The notes under the pieces: generated by a model
Database searches by the model: none
Told to the model about the DNA's origin: nothing
The model's input: the letters and a program-made list of their open reading frames with translations, nothing else
From: a virus
Direction: 5' to 3' (one strand)
Length of the DNA stretch: 43,753 nucleotides
IMG/VR virus record: IMGVR_UViG_3300045988_081405
Made by a program: the position numbers and the translations under genes
Shown here: positions 33,781-42,286 of the stretch, piece after piece
Position numbering within the stretch: the first letter of the stretch is position 1
Layout: every line of letters begins with the position of its first letter

Positions 33781-35454
33781 TTAACTGACATGTGCTTCTA
33801 TATCTACTGTATGTGGCTGTATCTTTAACTGATTAGCCCATTTCATAACAGCTGTATTAATCTGTTCATTTTCTGATACTCGCTTATTAGCAAATAGCTT
33901 TGCTTGAACGAGTTTAGAAAATTTGTTCTTTCCATTCTTATTAAGTTCTAGGCAGGCAACAGGTTTCATATTGTCATCTGTTACTACAACAATAGCAACG
34001 GATCCTTTCATCACTCTATCCTTATATGAACCAACACAATTATTTAATGATTTACCAACATTTAATAGGTCGGCAGCAGTTCTAGGTATCACAAAGTGCA
34101 TACCATCGATATCTGCGTTAAGTTTTTCAATCATAGGTAGATTTACATCACCATATTCTTGCTTATTGTAGATATTCACTAACAAATCATGGAACTTCTT
34201 TAACTTGCATGGTTGACTCCACACCAGCTCCCTATATTTAGGCTTTAAATCTAGATACATGTTTGGTATATCTTTAATTTCAGAATAATCAGCACTTAAT
34301 AAGTAGTTAAGAACACCAGTTTCACCATGTCGCTCAATTAATTTAGACCACATATCCTTAACCAGTTGAGTAGTAACAGCCATTGCATCTTTAATACTTT
34401 TAGCGGTTAATACCTTTCCTGTGTAAGGACCTCTATAATGCGGTGAGTTCATTAATTCAACGCTATCAGTCCTATCTAGGATTAATATAGTTCTGCGAAT
34501 GTTCTCATCTTTAAATAGATTTAATACGTTCGTCATATTAACTGCCATAATGTCTGTACTCATAGCTTTTCTTAATGATCTTGAATTTGGGGCGTGATAT
34601 TGTTTCATTAAAGATTGAACAAAGTTCATACCTTTCTTTGTGTCCTCAAATACACAATCACTAAATGGAATATGACGTTTAAGACAATAGTTATCGCTCC
34701 AACGGTTAGTGCTTTCTATTATCTTCGGAAGTGGTGGCATGTCAGGTGCTGCTATTTTAAAAGCCATATTAATGAGCATCGTCGAGAAGTAACCGCCATC
34801 TTCGTTAACACTAGGAGAGATATATACACATTTTGATTTAAAGCCATATGTTTCTTCTAACCTTTTTTCAAATGCAGTTCTTAACGTTTTAAACACTTCA
34901 TTCAAACGCTTTTTATTAACGCTATGAACAGCATATGAACTACCTAGATAAGTTAGTACTGGCATAATACCGTGTTCTTCGTATCCGTCGCCTCGTAGAT
35001 ATGCAACAGATATTTCATGTCGATTTCTATCGCGGTCAATGAATATTGCACATTTCTTTTTAAAGTCATATCGCATAGTTTCACAATATGTCTTTTCTTC
35101 ACTTTTAGTGCCATTCATAAATAACTGGATACCACGATATTTAATTCTTAAATCAAGGAAATTCTTATAATTAATCACCTCGATAAACATTGATATTGGG
35201 TAAATTTTCTCCTCTCTGTGAGAGGAGAAAACCTTATGCACATCAGGCGATGAGTGAACGCCACATTTAGGGCATGTATAATATTTTGCGGCCGTTGTAT
35301 AGCCGTTAAAATAGTTATATTTTCTATCCCATTGGCTACCGAACGCGTGGCCACAATCAAAATGATATATAGTTGTATAGTCGCAACTCCATTGCGTTTC
35401 TAAAACGATAGAGTCAAACATTTTAGGAATGTTTATATAGTTTAAATACTCCAT
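33781..35454 (-). CDS. PcfJ-like protein
   Basis: C-terminal LNNCVGSYKDRVMKGSVAIVVV PcfJ-type motif and an N-terminal Cys/His finger. Confidence 0.6.
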   Translation of the reverse strand: MEYLNYINIPKMFDSIVLETQWSCDYTTIYHFDCGHAFGSQWDRKYNYFNGYTTAAKYYTCPKCGVHSSPDVHKVFSSHREEKIYPISMFIEVINYKNFLDLRIKYRGIQLFMNGTKSEEKTYCETMRYDFKKKCAIFIDRDRNRHEISVAYLRGDGYEEHGIMPVLTYLGSSYAVHSVNKKRLNEVFKTLRTAFEKRLEETYGFKSKCVYISPSVNEDGGYFSTMLINMAFKIAAPDMPPLPKIIESTNRWSDNYCLKRHIPFSDCVFEDTKKGMNFVQSLMKQYHAPNSRSLRKAMSTDIMAVNMTNVLNLFKDENIRRTILILDRTDSVELMNSPHYRGPYTGKVLTAKSIKDAMAVTTQLVKDMWSKLIERHGETGVLNYLLSADYSEIKDIPNMYLDLKPKYRELVWSQPCKLKKFHDLLVNIYNKQEYGDVNLPMIEKLNADIDGMHFVIPRTAADLLNVGKSLNNCVGSYKDRVMKGSVAIVVVTDDNMKPVACLELNKNGKNKFSKLVQAKLFANKRVSENEQINTAVMKWANQLKIQPHTVDIEAHVS

Positions 35455-35495
35455 ACTATATCACCGCCTATTAATCACCAAACATATCGAATACA

Positions 35496-35816
35496 TCATC
35501 GGACGATTTTCCTCTTTTGTAGGTTCTTCAACAGTTGGAGCAGGTTTAGACGCTTTTTTAGTCTTAGTAGATTTTGTTTGTCTACTGTCTCACTACTGTC
35601 TTTCTTCTGTCCATCTTCTGTCTTTTTACTGTCTTTCTCTACTAATTCGATAGCGTTTAGTATTGTCTGTGATACAGTTTGATTAGTTTCGCAAAAATCT
35701 ATAGCGCGTTGATACGCTATAGTGTTTTGTGGATCTAATTCTATTGCCTTTTGTAGCACCTCGATTTGAGGTGCTACATTATCAACTACTCTTTTAAAAT
35801 CATTAACGTATGCCAT
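35496..35816 (-). CDS. Hypothetical protein
   Basis: 106-aa ORF that contains the 11-bp phased repeat array. Confidence 0.5.
   Translation of the reverse strand: MAYVNDFKRVVDNVAPQIEVLQKAIELDPQNTIAYQRAIDFCETNQTVSQTILNAIELVEKDSKKTEDGQKKDSSETVDKQNLLRLKKRLNLLQLLKNLQKRKIVR
35585..35639. repeat. Five CTGTC(T) motifs at an exact 11-bp period
   Basis: CTGTC starts at 35585, 35596, 35607, 35618 and 35629. The unit is approximately CTGTCTTTCTT. Confidence 0.85.
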
Positions 35817-35833
35817 TGTGGTACTCCTATCTC

Positions 35834-36331
35834 TTATTTCATTAATTCTTTTAATTCGTTAACGATTGCATCAGTTAACGCTGTGGATGTAGGTTTATCT
35901 ACGCCGTTATTTTGGAAGATTTTAAGGGCTGCCATAGCTCGTTCTTTATCGCTACCCATCCACGTTTTGAACTCATTCCAAAACTCTTTAGGGTCAAATA
36001 CTTCAACTTCATCAATAGACAATTCTTCGGTAGGTTGATTAATTTCATTGCCGTCAAAATCAGTAACGGGCACATCGTCAGGCTCGATAGATACGTTTTC
36101 AACGATTTCTTTTTCAACCTTAGCACCAGGAGTTGGTTTTTTAGGTGTTTCTAAAACAACTTCAGTTGGTTCAGGCTTAACTTCGTCTTTAGGAACAGTT
36201 ACCACCTCAACCACTTTAACTGGTTTTTCTACTTCAACTGGTTCAGGCTTGCCATTCATTAATTCGTTATATTCAGCGATTTTCTTTGCAAGATCTTTAG
36301 GGCTTTTAAATTCAATAGTAAATTGGTTCAT
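35834..36331 (-). CDS. Hypothetical acidic protein with a P/E/V/K-rich linker
   Basis: 165-aa ORF in operon context. Confidence 0.5.
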   Translation of the reverse strand: MNQFTIEFKSPKDLAKKIAEYNELMNGKPEPVEVEKPVKVVEVVTVPKDEVKPEPTEVVLETPKKPTPGAKVEKEIVENVSIEPDDVPVTDFDGNEINQPTEELSIDEVEVFDPKEFWNEFKTWMGSDKERAMAALKIFQNNGVDKPTSTALTDAIVNELKELMK

Positions 36332-36355
36332 GATGTTACTCCTTTTCTAATTCCA

Positions 36356-38032
36356 TTATTTAGCCTTCAATTCATTAACTTCTTTAGTTAACGCTTCAAC
36401 GAGCTTTTCGAGTTGGCTAATACGAGCATTTTCGCCTTTGGCTTCCGCTACATAGTCGCTGCCTTTACCAACCTTGAAAGCGACGTTTGCGGTAAATTGC
36501 TTTTCAGCACCTAAACTCATACCAGTGCCGAACATTATTCTTTCATTAGGACGATAAAACGCACCTAATGCAACCGCGTTGCTACTTCTATAATGGCCGT
36601 AGCTAATAGCGTAGGACGCTTTGTCGTCCTTATTAAAATCTAATGGATGCAAGCCTGCCAATGCTGCAGAACTAGCTCCCAATTTGTTCAAACGTTGATT
36701 TGTTGCATTGATTTCGTTTAAACCTGCTTGGCTTTGTGCTTTTAGTTGTCGCATGTTAACTGCATCAGCATCCGCAACTCCATCCGCTACATCGTGAATT
36801 TGTTGATTACCAGCAGTAATATTTTGAGTTGTGAACTCAATATGTTTGCCGTTGCTATCAGCAACCATTCCATCCATATTGAATTGAGCATTGTCTAAAT
36901 TGTCTGTGTTTTCTACTTTGAAGCCATTAGCTCCATATTCGGAGTTAATTTCTCCATTAAATACATGGCTACTATTTTTGCCAATATAGTTATGTTGTGG
37001 ATCATTAACCGTGCCCAATTGAATGGAATTCATGTTAACCAGGTCTTTATTCACATGAACCGCGAACTCTTTACCACCATCAATATTTGTTGATTGTGTA
37101 ACAGTTGTATTTCTTCCTTCGGCAACGGTAGTAAATTTAAGAGCGTTAATCACTGCATTAAGTTGGGAGCCGTTGATTGCGTCGGTAGATGTACCATCTA
37201 CTCTACCTGCTGCCACGTTGGTTAGTGTTCGCTTATAGTTTTGAACACCACCATTACCAGCTTTATTATTTGCTCCGATAGATACAGTACTGTTAGCTAC
37301 ACCGCCGGCGAAATCATATTTTTCACCATTGATGAAAATGTGGTCTGTGGAAATAACTTCTTCAGTAGTAGCGTTGGTACCTAACGCTACAGAATTTTGC
37401 ACATCGGCTACAGTATTATTACCGAGGGCCAAACTATCTACTGCTACTGCTTGGCTATGAGAACCTACAACAGTTGCCCCTTGATTTTTAGTTTTGTTAT
37501 TTGAACCAAATGTTAGCTGTTCTTTAGAATTATCAAGCACTTGGTTACTATAACCAACTACTGCGCCTTGCCCACTTTTTACTTCGCCATTGTTAGAGCC
37601 GACTACCGTCGCGTTTTCAGCGTTAACGGTATTAGTTCTACCTAATACAACTGTTGACTCGCCGTTTGCGTACGCACCATTACCGATAGCAATAGTGTTA
37701 TAGGCAGCAGTACGAGCTTGACTGCCGATAGCTACGGTATACTCGATAGTTGCTTCTGCATGTGCACCGTAAGCGAAACTATCACGGCCCAACGCTTTAC
37801 TATCATTGCCACCTGCGAACGAATTCGTGCCAGCTGCGATATTGTTTTCACCAAACGCTACCGCATTATTCCCTTTAATAGTATTTTGATACCCTACAAC
37901 ACCTGCACTCTTAACGCCTGCTTCTACAACGTTATCTGTACCACCAATAAAGTTATTGTCAGCAGCCAATACATTGACCGCCAAGGAACTAATTGCTAAT
38001 GCTGTTACCATTGCTTTTTTATTTGTATTCAT
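36356..38032 (-). CDS. YadA-like trimeric autotransporter adhesin with a C-terminal coiled-coil extension
   Basis: Signal peptide (SSLAVNVLAADN), repeated head motifs (NS.A.G), INGSQLNAV and VNMRQLK neck motifs, and a YadA-anchor-like AALAGLHPLDF...VAFKVG. This is followed by 35 aa of heptad sequence. Confidence 0.8.
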   Translation of the reverse strand: MNTNKKAMVTALAISSLAVNVLAADNNFIGGTDNVVEAGVKSAGVVGYQNTIKGNNAVAFGENNIAAGTNSFAGGNDSKALGRDSFAYGAHAEATIEYTVAIGSQARTAAYNTIAIGNGAYANGESTVVLGRTNTVNAENATVVGSNNGEVKSGQGAVVGYSNQVLDNSKEQLTFGSNNKTKNQGATVVGSHSQAVAVDSLALGNNTVADVQNSVALGTNATTEEVISTDHIFINGEKYDFAGGVANSTVSIGANNKAGNGGVQNYKRTLTNVAAGRVDGTSTDAINGSQLNAVINALKFTTVAEGRNTTVTQSTNIDGGKEFAVHVNKDLVNMNSIQLGTVNDPQHNYIGKNSSHVFNGEINSEYGANGFKVENTDNLDNAQFNMDGMVADSNGKHIEFTTQNITAGNQQIHDVADGVADADAVNMRQLKAQSQAGLNEINATNQRLNKLGASSAALAGLHPLDFNKDDKASYAISYGHYRSSNAVALGAFYRPNERIMFGTGMSLGAEKQFTANVAFKVGKGSDYVAEAKGENARISQLEKLVEALTKEVNELKAK

Positions 38033-38097
38033 TGTTAATCTCCTGTGATATAATCAAATTGGTTAATTTTTAACTGTGGACGTTCTACTAATGCCAG

Positions 38098-38262
38098 TTA
38101 GTGGACGTCCTTTTTTAGTTCATGAAACATAATGCTTATTGCAGCTATCATGCACACGATTAATAAAGCCCATGTTGCAGAGCTTAATTCATAGCCCTGC
38201 ACGTCGGAGCCTTCTATAACTCCATACGATGCGATGCATAGCATCGCCGATACCCATTTCAT
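38098..38262 (-). CDS. 54-aa small membrane protein, not in the ORF track
   Basis: Sequence is MKWVSAMLCIASYGVIEGSDVQGYELSSATWALLIVCMIAAISIMFHELKKDVH. GGAGGTG RBS lies 6 nt upstream. Confidence 0.45.
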   Translation of the reverse strand: MKWVSAMLCIASYGVIEGSDVQGYELSSATWALLIVCMIAAISIMFHELKKDVH

Positions 38263-38277
38263 CTATTTCACCTCCTT

Positions 38278-38574
38278 TCAAATTTCGTTAACTAGCACCA
38301 ACATTTCACTAGTTACTTTTCTGATTTTTTGCTTTAACTCGTCATTTTCTGTGGCGAGTTTTTTATTTTCTAATTTGAGTTGCCGATAGTTGTAAGGTGT
38401 GAACTCATCTTCAATACCTATGAATGAGTACACATCATTCGCATTAAATAGCACTCTACCGATATTCTTTATCGCCGGTAATTTACCGCTATTTCTTAAT
38501 TCATATATCGTTTGTGGTGTTACTTTTAACAGTTCAGCAACCTCATTCACTGTATAGACAAGATCCATAATCAA
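38278..38574 (-). CDS. Excisionase-family/MerR-like HTH protein with a coiled-coil tail
   Basis: YTVNEVAELLKVTPQTIYELRNSGKLPA HTH_17-type motif. Confidence 0.6.
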   Translation of the reverse strand: MIMDLVYTVNEVAELLKVTPQTIYELRNSGKLPAIKNIGRVLFNANDVYSFIGIEDEFTPYNYRQLKLENKKLATENDELKQKIRKVTSEMLVLVNEI

Positions 38575-38813
38575 ATACCTAATAATGATTTAATTTCGTA
38601 GCAACGATTTAAGAATGAAACCAATATCCAACGTTCTTTAGTTGTTGCTTCAACGTTGTTCATAATGTTTGCTACTGCGTTTTCAAATCGCACTATCAAC
38701 TTCAAGAAATCTTTTTTGCTTTCACCCCAGTTAGTTACAATAATTAATCCGTATCGTTCATACATTTTCACCACTTCTTCGTCTGAAACGAATTGCCAAA
38801 ACTCATTTTTCAT
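38571..38813 (-). CDS. Hypothetical protein
   Basis: 80-aa ORF with a GGAGG RBS. Confidence 0.5.
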   Translation of the reverse strand: MKNEFWQFVSDEEVVKMYERYGLIIVTNWGESKKDFLKLIVRFENAVANIMNNVEATTKERWILVSFLNRCYEIKSLLGI

Positions 38814-38860
38814 TTGTTTACCTCCTAAAATTTAAATACCAGTTTTTCGCCACTAAAAGT

Positions 38861-39010
38861 CTAATCATAATTAGGAGTTAGTACGGCGATATAGTTTGGC
38901 GAAGGCTCGATATCATCTTCAGTGATAACCGCAACAACTGTATCGTTATCTTCCCTCTTTATAACAATCTTTGTGTATTGGTCTGTGTTTAAAATACTAT
39001 TTGGTTTCAT
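38861..39010 (-). CDS. 49-aa hypothetical protein, not in the ORF track
   Basis: Sequence begins MKPNSILNTDQYTKIVIKREDNDTVVAVITEDD... RBS AAAGGGG is upstream. Confidence 0.35.
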   Translation of the reverse strand: MKPNSILNTDQYTKIVIKREDNDTVVAVITEDDIEPSPNYIAVLTPNYD

Positions 39011-39042
39011 TTATGCTCGCCCCTTTGTAGTAAATTTAAATT

Positions 39043-39057
39043 TTCACATATTGTGAA
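39043..39057. promoter_or_regulatory. Operator-like palindrome TTCACA-TAT-TGTGAA
   Basis: Inverted repeat just downstream of the cro-like gene. Its 12-mer CACATATTGTGA is repeated at 39360-39371. Confidence 0.45.
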
Positions 39058-39060
39058 CTT

Positions 39061-39267
39061 TTATGGTAAAAAAATATCTTGCATGTTTAGGCTTGTATCT
39101 ACTTCGTTAAATTTAGTAAATATAAGTCCTATTTCACGTTGATTAAAGTTTCTTCTTCCATTCTCCTTTAAACTATAAGCGCTTTTTGTAATGCCTAACA
39201 CATTGGCTAATTCTTGTTGACTAAACCCTAGCGCATGTCTCAGCTTAATCAACTTTTCTTGCTTCAT
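39061..39267 (-). CDS. Cro-like XRE-family HTH regulator
   Basis: 68 aa; FSQQELANVLGITKSAYSLKENG HTH; divergent from the cI-like gene. Confidence 0.75.
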   Translation of the reverse strand: MKQEKLIKLRHALGFSQQELANVLGITKSAYSLKENGRRNFNQREIGLIFTKFNEVDTSLNMQDIFLP

Positions 39268-39311
39268 TATATCCCTCCTCGTTTACATTTTGTTAACTAC
39301 CTTATGACTGT

Positions 39312-39340
39312 ATTGTAGTATACATTTTGTAAACAATCAA
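39312..39340 (-). promoter_or_regulatory. Candidate early (cro) promoter TTGATT-N17-TACAAT
   Basis: -35 at 39335-39340 and -10 at 39312-39317 on the minus strand. TACATTTTGTAAAC lies in the spacer. Confidence 0.4.
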
Positions 39341-39357
39341 GTAAAAGTTTTATAAAT

Positions 39358-39372
39358 TCCACATATTGTGAT
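39358..39372. promoter_or_regulatory. Second copy of the CACATATTGTGA operator-like motif in the cI/cro intergenic region
   Basis: Exact 12-mer shared with 39045-39056. Confidence 0.45.
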
Positions 39373-39422
39373 TTTACAATTTGTTTACAATTATATATAA
39401 TCAAACCATGGAGGTATACAAA

Positions 39423-39806
39423 ATGAAAACTATGGGAGCGAGGCTAAAAGAGCTGCGACTAAAGCACAATTACACAGGCGAAGAAATAGGACGTAAATTG
39501 CAAGTATCTAAATCTGCTATATCAATGTGGGAGAAAGATTTACGCTCCCCTAGTGCTGACTTAATAGAAAAGTTCGCTACTATCTATGGAGTGTCTACCG
39601 ATTATATAATTACTGGCAAAGATAGTAACATAACAAACGATAGTTATTATTACGATACAGAAGTTGCGGAACTCGCCGAGCAGATTAAAAACGATCCTGA
39701 GTTACGAATACTATTAGATGCTAAACGAAATTTATCAAAGCAAGATATGAAAGCTATTATAAATATCACCAAATCGCTTTTACAACGTGAGCGAGGAGAT
39801 GAATAA
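39423..39806 (+). CDS. CI-like repressor (XRE HTH)
   Basis: GGAGG RBS at 39410 and ATG at 39423. YTGEEIGRKLQVSKSAISMWEKD HTH. Confidence 0.8.
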   Translation: MKTMGARLKELRLKHNYTGEEIGRKLQVSKSAISMWEKDLRSPSADLIEKFATIYGVSTDYIITGKDSNITNDSYYYDTEVAELAEQIKNDPELRILLDAKRNLSKQDMKAIINITKSLLQRERGDE

Positions 39807-39834
39807 CACTAACTATATAGGGAGATGATTAGTA

Positions 39835-40050
39835 GTGATTAACACGATTTATAGTAACGATTTACCTTTAACGTGTGGTGGCTTTGCCAGGAAGAATGAA
39901 GATGATACTTATACCATAGTTCTTAACCCTAAACATTCCTACCACCAGCAACGAGCAACATACATGCACGAGCTATTACATATCGTGAACAGGGACCACG
40001 ATTCGGAAAAGCACGTGAACTTCATTGAAAGCATGAGACATAATATATAA
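39835..40050 (+). CDS. Short ImmA/IrrE-like HExxH metallopeptidase
   Basis: HELLH motif; position immediately after an XRE repressor. Confidence 0.55.
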   Translation: MINTIYSNDLPLTCGGFARKNEDDTYTIVLNPKHSYHQQRATYMHELLHIVNRDHDSEKHVNFIESMRHNI

Positions 40051-40078
40051 ACATAATTCTTATAGCGGAGAGTATCTT

Positions 40079-40387
40079 ATGAACGATTTCAATGTACTAG
40101 AACAAGAATTCTTTAACACAATAAAAGCAATTCAACCAGGTTTCAATCATGAACTGCGTAGGCTATGTGATGGCACTATTGATTTTGAAATTGGTAGAGT
40201 TAAGCTAACCGGTCGCAAGTATAAAATTCAATTACAATTAAATGATGGCGCTATATGGTTAACAGGCACAAAAGAGGATATATTTAACGCTATCCCTTTA
40301 ATGTTATCTTCTACTCTGCAAAGCGTTATGCTCACATCATCAAATAAGAAGAAATTAATATATATAGGTAGCGACGATGCAATATAA
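40079..40387 (+). CDS. Hypothetical lysogeny-module protein
   Basis: 102-aa ORF between the ImmA-like and int genes. Confidence 0.5.
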   Translation: MNDFNVLEQEFFNTIKAIQPGFNHELRRLCDGTIDFEIGRVKLTGRKYKIQLQLNDGAIWLTGTKEDIFNAIPLMLSSTLQSVMLTSSNKKKLIYIGSDDAI

Positions 40388-41435
40388 CTTCACTGTTCGT
40401 AAAAAAGACAAAGGCTATCAAATCATTGTCGGATATAAAATAGGCCGTACCTGGAAGCAAAAATCAAAACAAGGTTTCAATACACAACGCGAAGCCAAGG
40501 CATACGGCGAGCAGATTTTAGACGAAATAAAAAAGAACGTCATATCACCGCTCGACGATACAATGCAGGATATAACGTTTATAGAGTTCTATTCGGTTTA
40601 CATGAGTGAAAAGCACGAGCTGTCAATCAATTCACGAAGAACATACGATAATATAATATATAAAGACTGTACAAAACTTCATAATATGATGATTAAGGAT
40701 ATTAACCACAAGGATATTATGAACATATTAGTTAACTCTAATAAATCAGCAGCAAGTAAGAACCTTTGCATTGTATTATTAAAAGCTATATTTAAGCATG
40801 CTATATCGCCGTATAGGCTTATTAGAGATAATCCATGTGCTAGTATCAAGAAATATAAAAAAGCGTCAAATAGCGATGTTAATACAATTAGCAACGAAGA
40901 TATGGATACACTATTTAATAACATTAAAGATAAATACCCTATTTATTATCTCGTATGCTGTATCGCTCGCTATACTGGAGCACGTTATGGTGAAATAGTC
41001 GGTTTATGTTGGGAAGATATAGATTTTAACAACAAAACCATTTCTATTAATAAGCAATGGTCTCGCAAGACGGATCATGAACACGGCTTTAAAACACCTA
41101 AAAGCGTTAATAGTATTAGGACTATTCCTATACCTCAAATACTAATAGATGAATTACATAGTATTAGCAGTAATAAAACTGGTCGCATATTCAACTTCAA
41201 GAATAGCAGTACATCACGAGTGAATTATATTATAAGCAGATATTTGCAAGATAAGACTATTCATATGTTTAGACATACATATGCTACCTCTCTACTGGCT
41301 AATGGCGTTGACATGCAAACCGTAGCTAGCTTATTAGGAGATGGACTAAATACAGTGATTAATACCTATATCCACTATTCACAAGAAATGCGAAATAATG
41401 CTGCCAAAAGCGTTGAAAATATCTTTAGTAAATAA
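40377..41435 (+). CDS. int: Phage integrase (tyrosine recombinase)
   Basis: ARYTGARYGEI (Arg), HMFRHTYATSLL (HxxR), LLGD...TYIHY (Tyr), and an N-terminal arm-binding-type domain. Confidence 0.9.
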   Translation: MQYNFTVRKKDKGYQIIVGYKIGRTWKQKSKQGFNTQREAKAYGEQILDEIKKNVISPLDDTMQDITFIEFYSVYMSEKHELSINSRRTYDNIIYKDCTKLHNMMIKDINHKDIMNILVNSNKSAASKNLCIVLLKAIFKHAISPYRLIRDNPCASIKKYKKASNSDVNTISNEDMDTLFNNIKDKYPIYYLVCCIARYTGARYGEIVGLCWEDIDFNNKTISINKQWSRKTDHEHGFKTPKSVNSIRTIPIPQILIDELHSISSNKTGRIFNFKNSSTSRVNYIISRYLQDKTIHMFRHTYATSLLANGVDMQTVASLLGDGLNTVINTYIHYSQEMRNNAAKSVENIFSK

Positions 41436-41459
41436 AATTTTTGACGTATATATGACGAA

Positions 41460-41498
41460 AAGAGGAAGAACCCTTATTTTATCAAGGTTCTTCCTCTT
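41460..41498 (+). terminator. Intrinsic terminator after int
   Basis: 13-bp stem AAGAGGAAGAACC/GGTTCTTCCTCTT followed by ATTTTTAT. Confidence 0.75.
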
Positions 41499-41525
41499 AT
41501 TTTTATAACTAGCATATTATACTAC

Positions 41526-41545
41526 TTGATTATACCTATAATCAA
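41526..41545. promoter_or_regulatory. Candidate attP core: palindrome TTGATTATA-CC-TATAATCAA
   Basis: Perfect 9-bp inverted arms in the AT-rich non-coding stretch just downstream of int. Confidence 0.35.
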
Positions 41546-41630
41546 ATATTTATAACTCATCATATATAATCTAATTTTTTGGAAAATTCTGTACATAAAT
41601 TTTTATATAAATAATTTGTTTTAAAATAAG

Positions 41631-41651
41631 TTTTTGCCGTATTTTTGCCGT
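41631..41651 (+). repeat. Tandem TTTTTGCCGT x2 (candidate integrase arm-type sites)
   Basis: Copies at 41631-41640 and 41642-41651. Confidence 0.35.
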
Positions 41652-41672
41652 TAGAAGTTTTAAAAAATAGAA

Positions 41673-42044
41673 TTATTCACATAGATTTTTGTATTTAAAG
41701 TAAAACTTTATAACTCCTTTTGGCTCATTTTTATTATATCTATATATTCCATACACACCTTTAACTTCTTGATGCGTAAAATTTATTGGATATTGTTCTC
41801 TATGTATTTGTATTTCTATATTTTCTTTAACGCTTCTATTAAAAATATGGTCGATTAGTAAGAATAAATCTTCTTTATTTCGCTCCACAGGTCCCTGCCT
41901 ATTAAACCCATATTTTCTTGCTAACACATTTATCATTAGTTCAGTAAATGAGCCTTTTATATAGTATGTGTCAAATTCAAAATCATCAGATATATTACTT
42001 AATAAAGTATCTTTCACTATTTTTATTTTATCGATAATTTCCAT
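41673..42044 (-). CDS. Hypothetical protein in the AT-rich moron island (possible toxin/effector partner of the RHH protein)
   Basis: 123-aa ORF, K/I/N/Y/F-rich, 53 nt downstream of the RHH gene. Confidence 0.5.
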   Translation of the reverse strand: MEIIDKIKIVKDTLLSNISDDFEFDTYYIKGSFTELMINVLARKYGFNRQGPVERNKEDLFLLIDHIFNRSVKENIEIQIHREQYPINFTHQEVKGVYGIYRYNKNEPKGVIKFYFKYKNLCE

Positions 42045-42097
42045 TTTTAAACCTTTCTATATATATGTTGTTTAAATAGGCTTTTAAGTTTAGGTAA

Positions 42098-42286
42098 TTA
42101 AAGGTCAAAGGCCTCTCTTATTAATTGAGATATAGAAATACCGTTTCCATCCGCCATGCGTTTCAGTTCCTTATATTCGGCATCACTCAAGGATATAGCT
42201 CGTTGTTTCCTTTTGTCATTGGGTTTTACTGTTACAGGAGCACCAGCGCCCTTTCGAGCGCCGCCCCAATTTCGTTTGTTATCCAT
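42098..42286 (-). CDS. Ribbon-helix-helix (CopG-like) protein
   Basis: KRKQRAISLSDAEYKELKRMADGNGISISQLIREAF is a typical RHH pattern. Confidence 0.6.
   Translation of the reverse strand: MDNKRNWGGARKGAGAPVTVKPNDKRKQRAISLSDAEYKELKRMADGNGISISQLIREAFDL

Noticed and set aside
38078-38116. GGACGT...ACGTCC hairpin followed by TTTTTT on the plus strand, upstream of the adhesin gene
   Set aside because: The T-run is on the plus strand, where no upstream plus-strand gene exists. The 21-nt loop and 6-bp stem are weak. The right arm lies inside the 3' end of the 54-aa ORF (codons KDVH).
41436-41672. tRNA or tmRNA fragment at attP
   Set aside because: I could not fold a cloverleaf-like or acceptor/T-arm-like GC-rich segment in this very AT-rich stretch.
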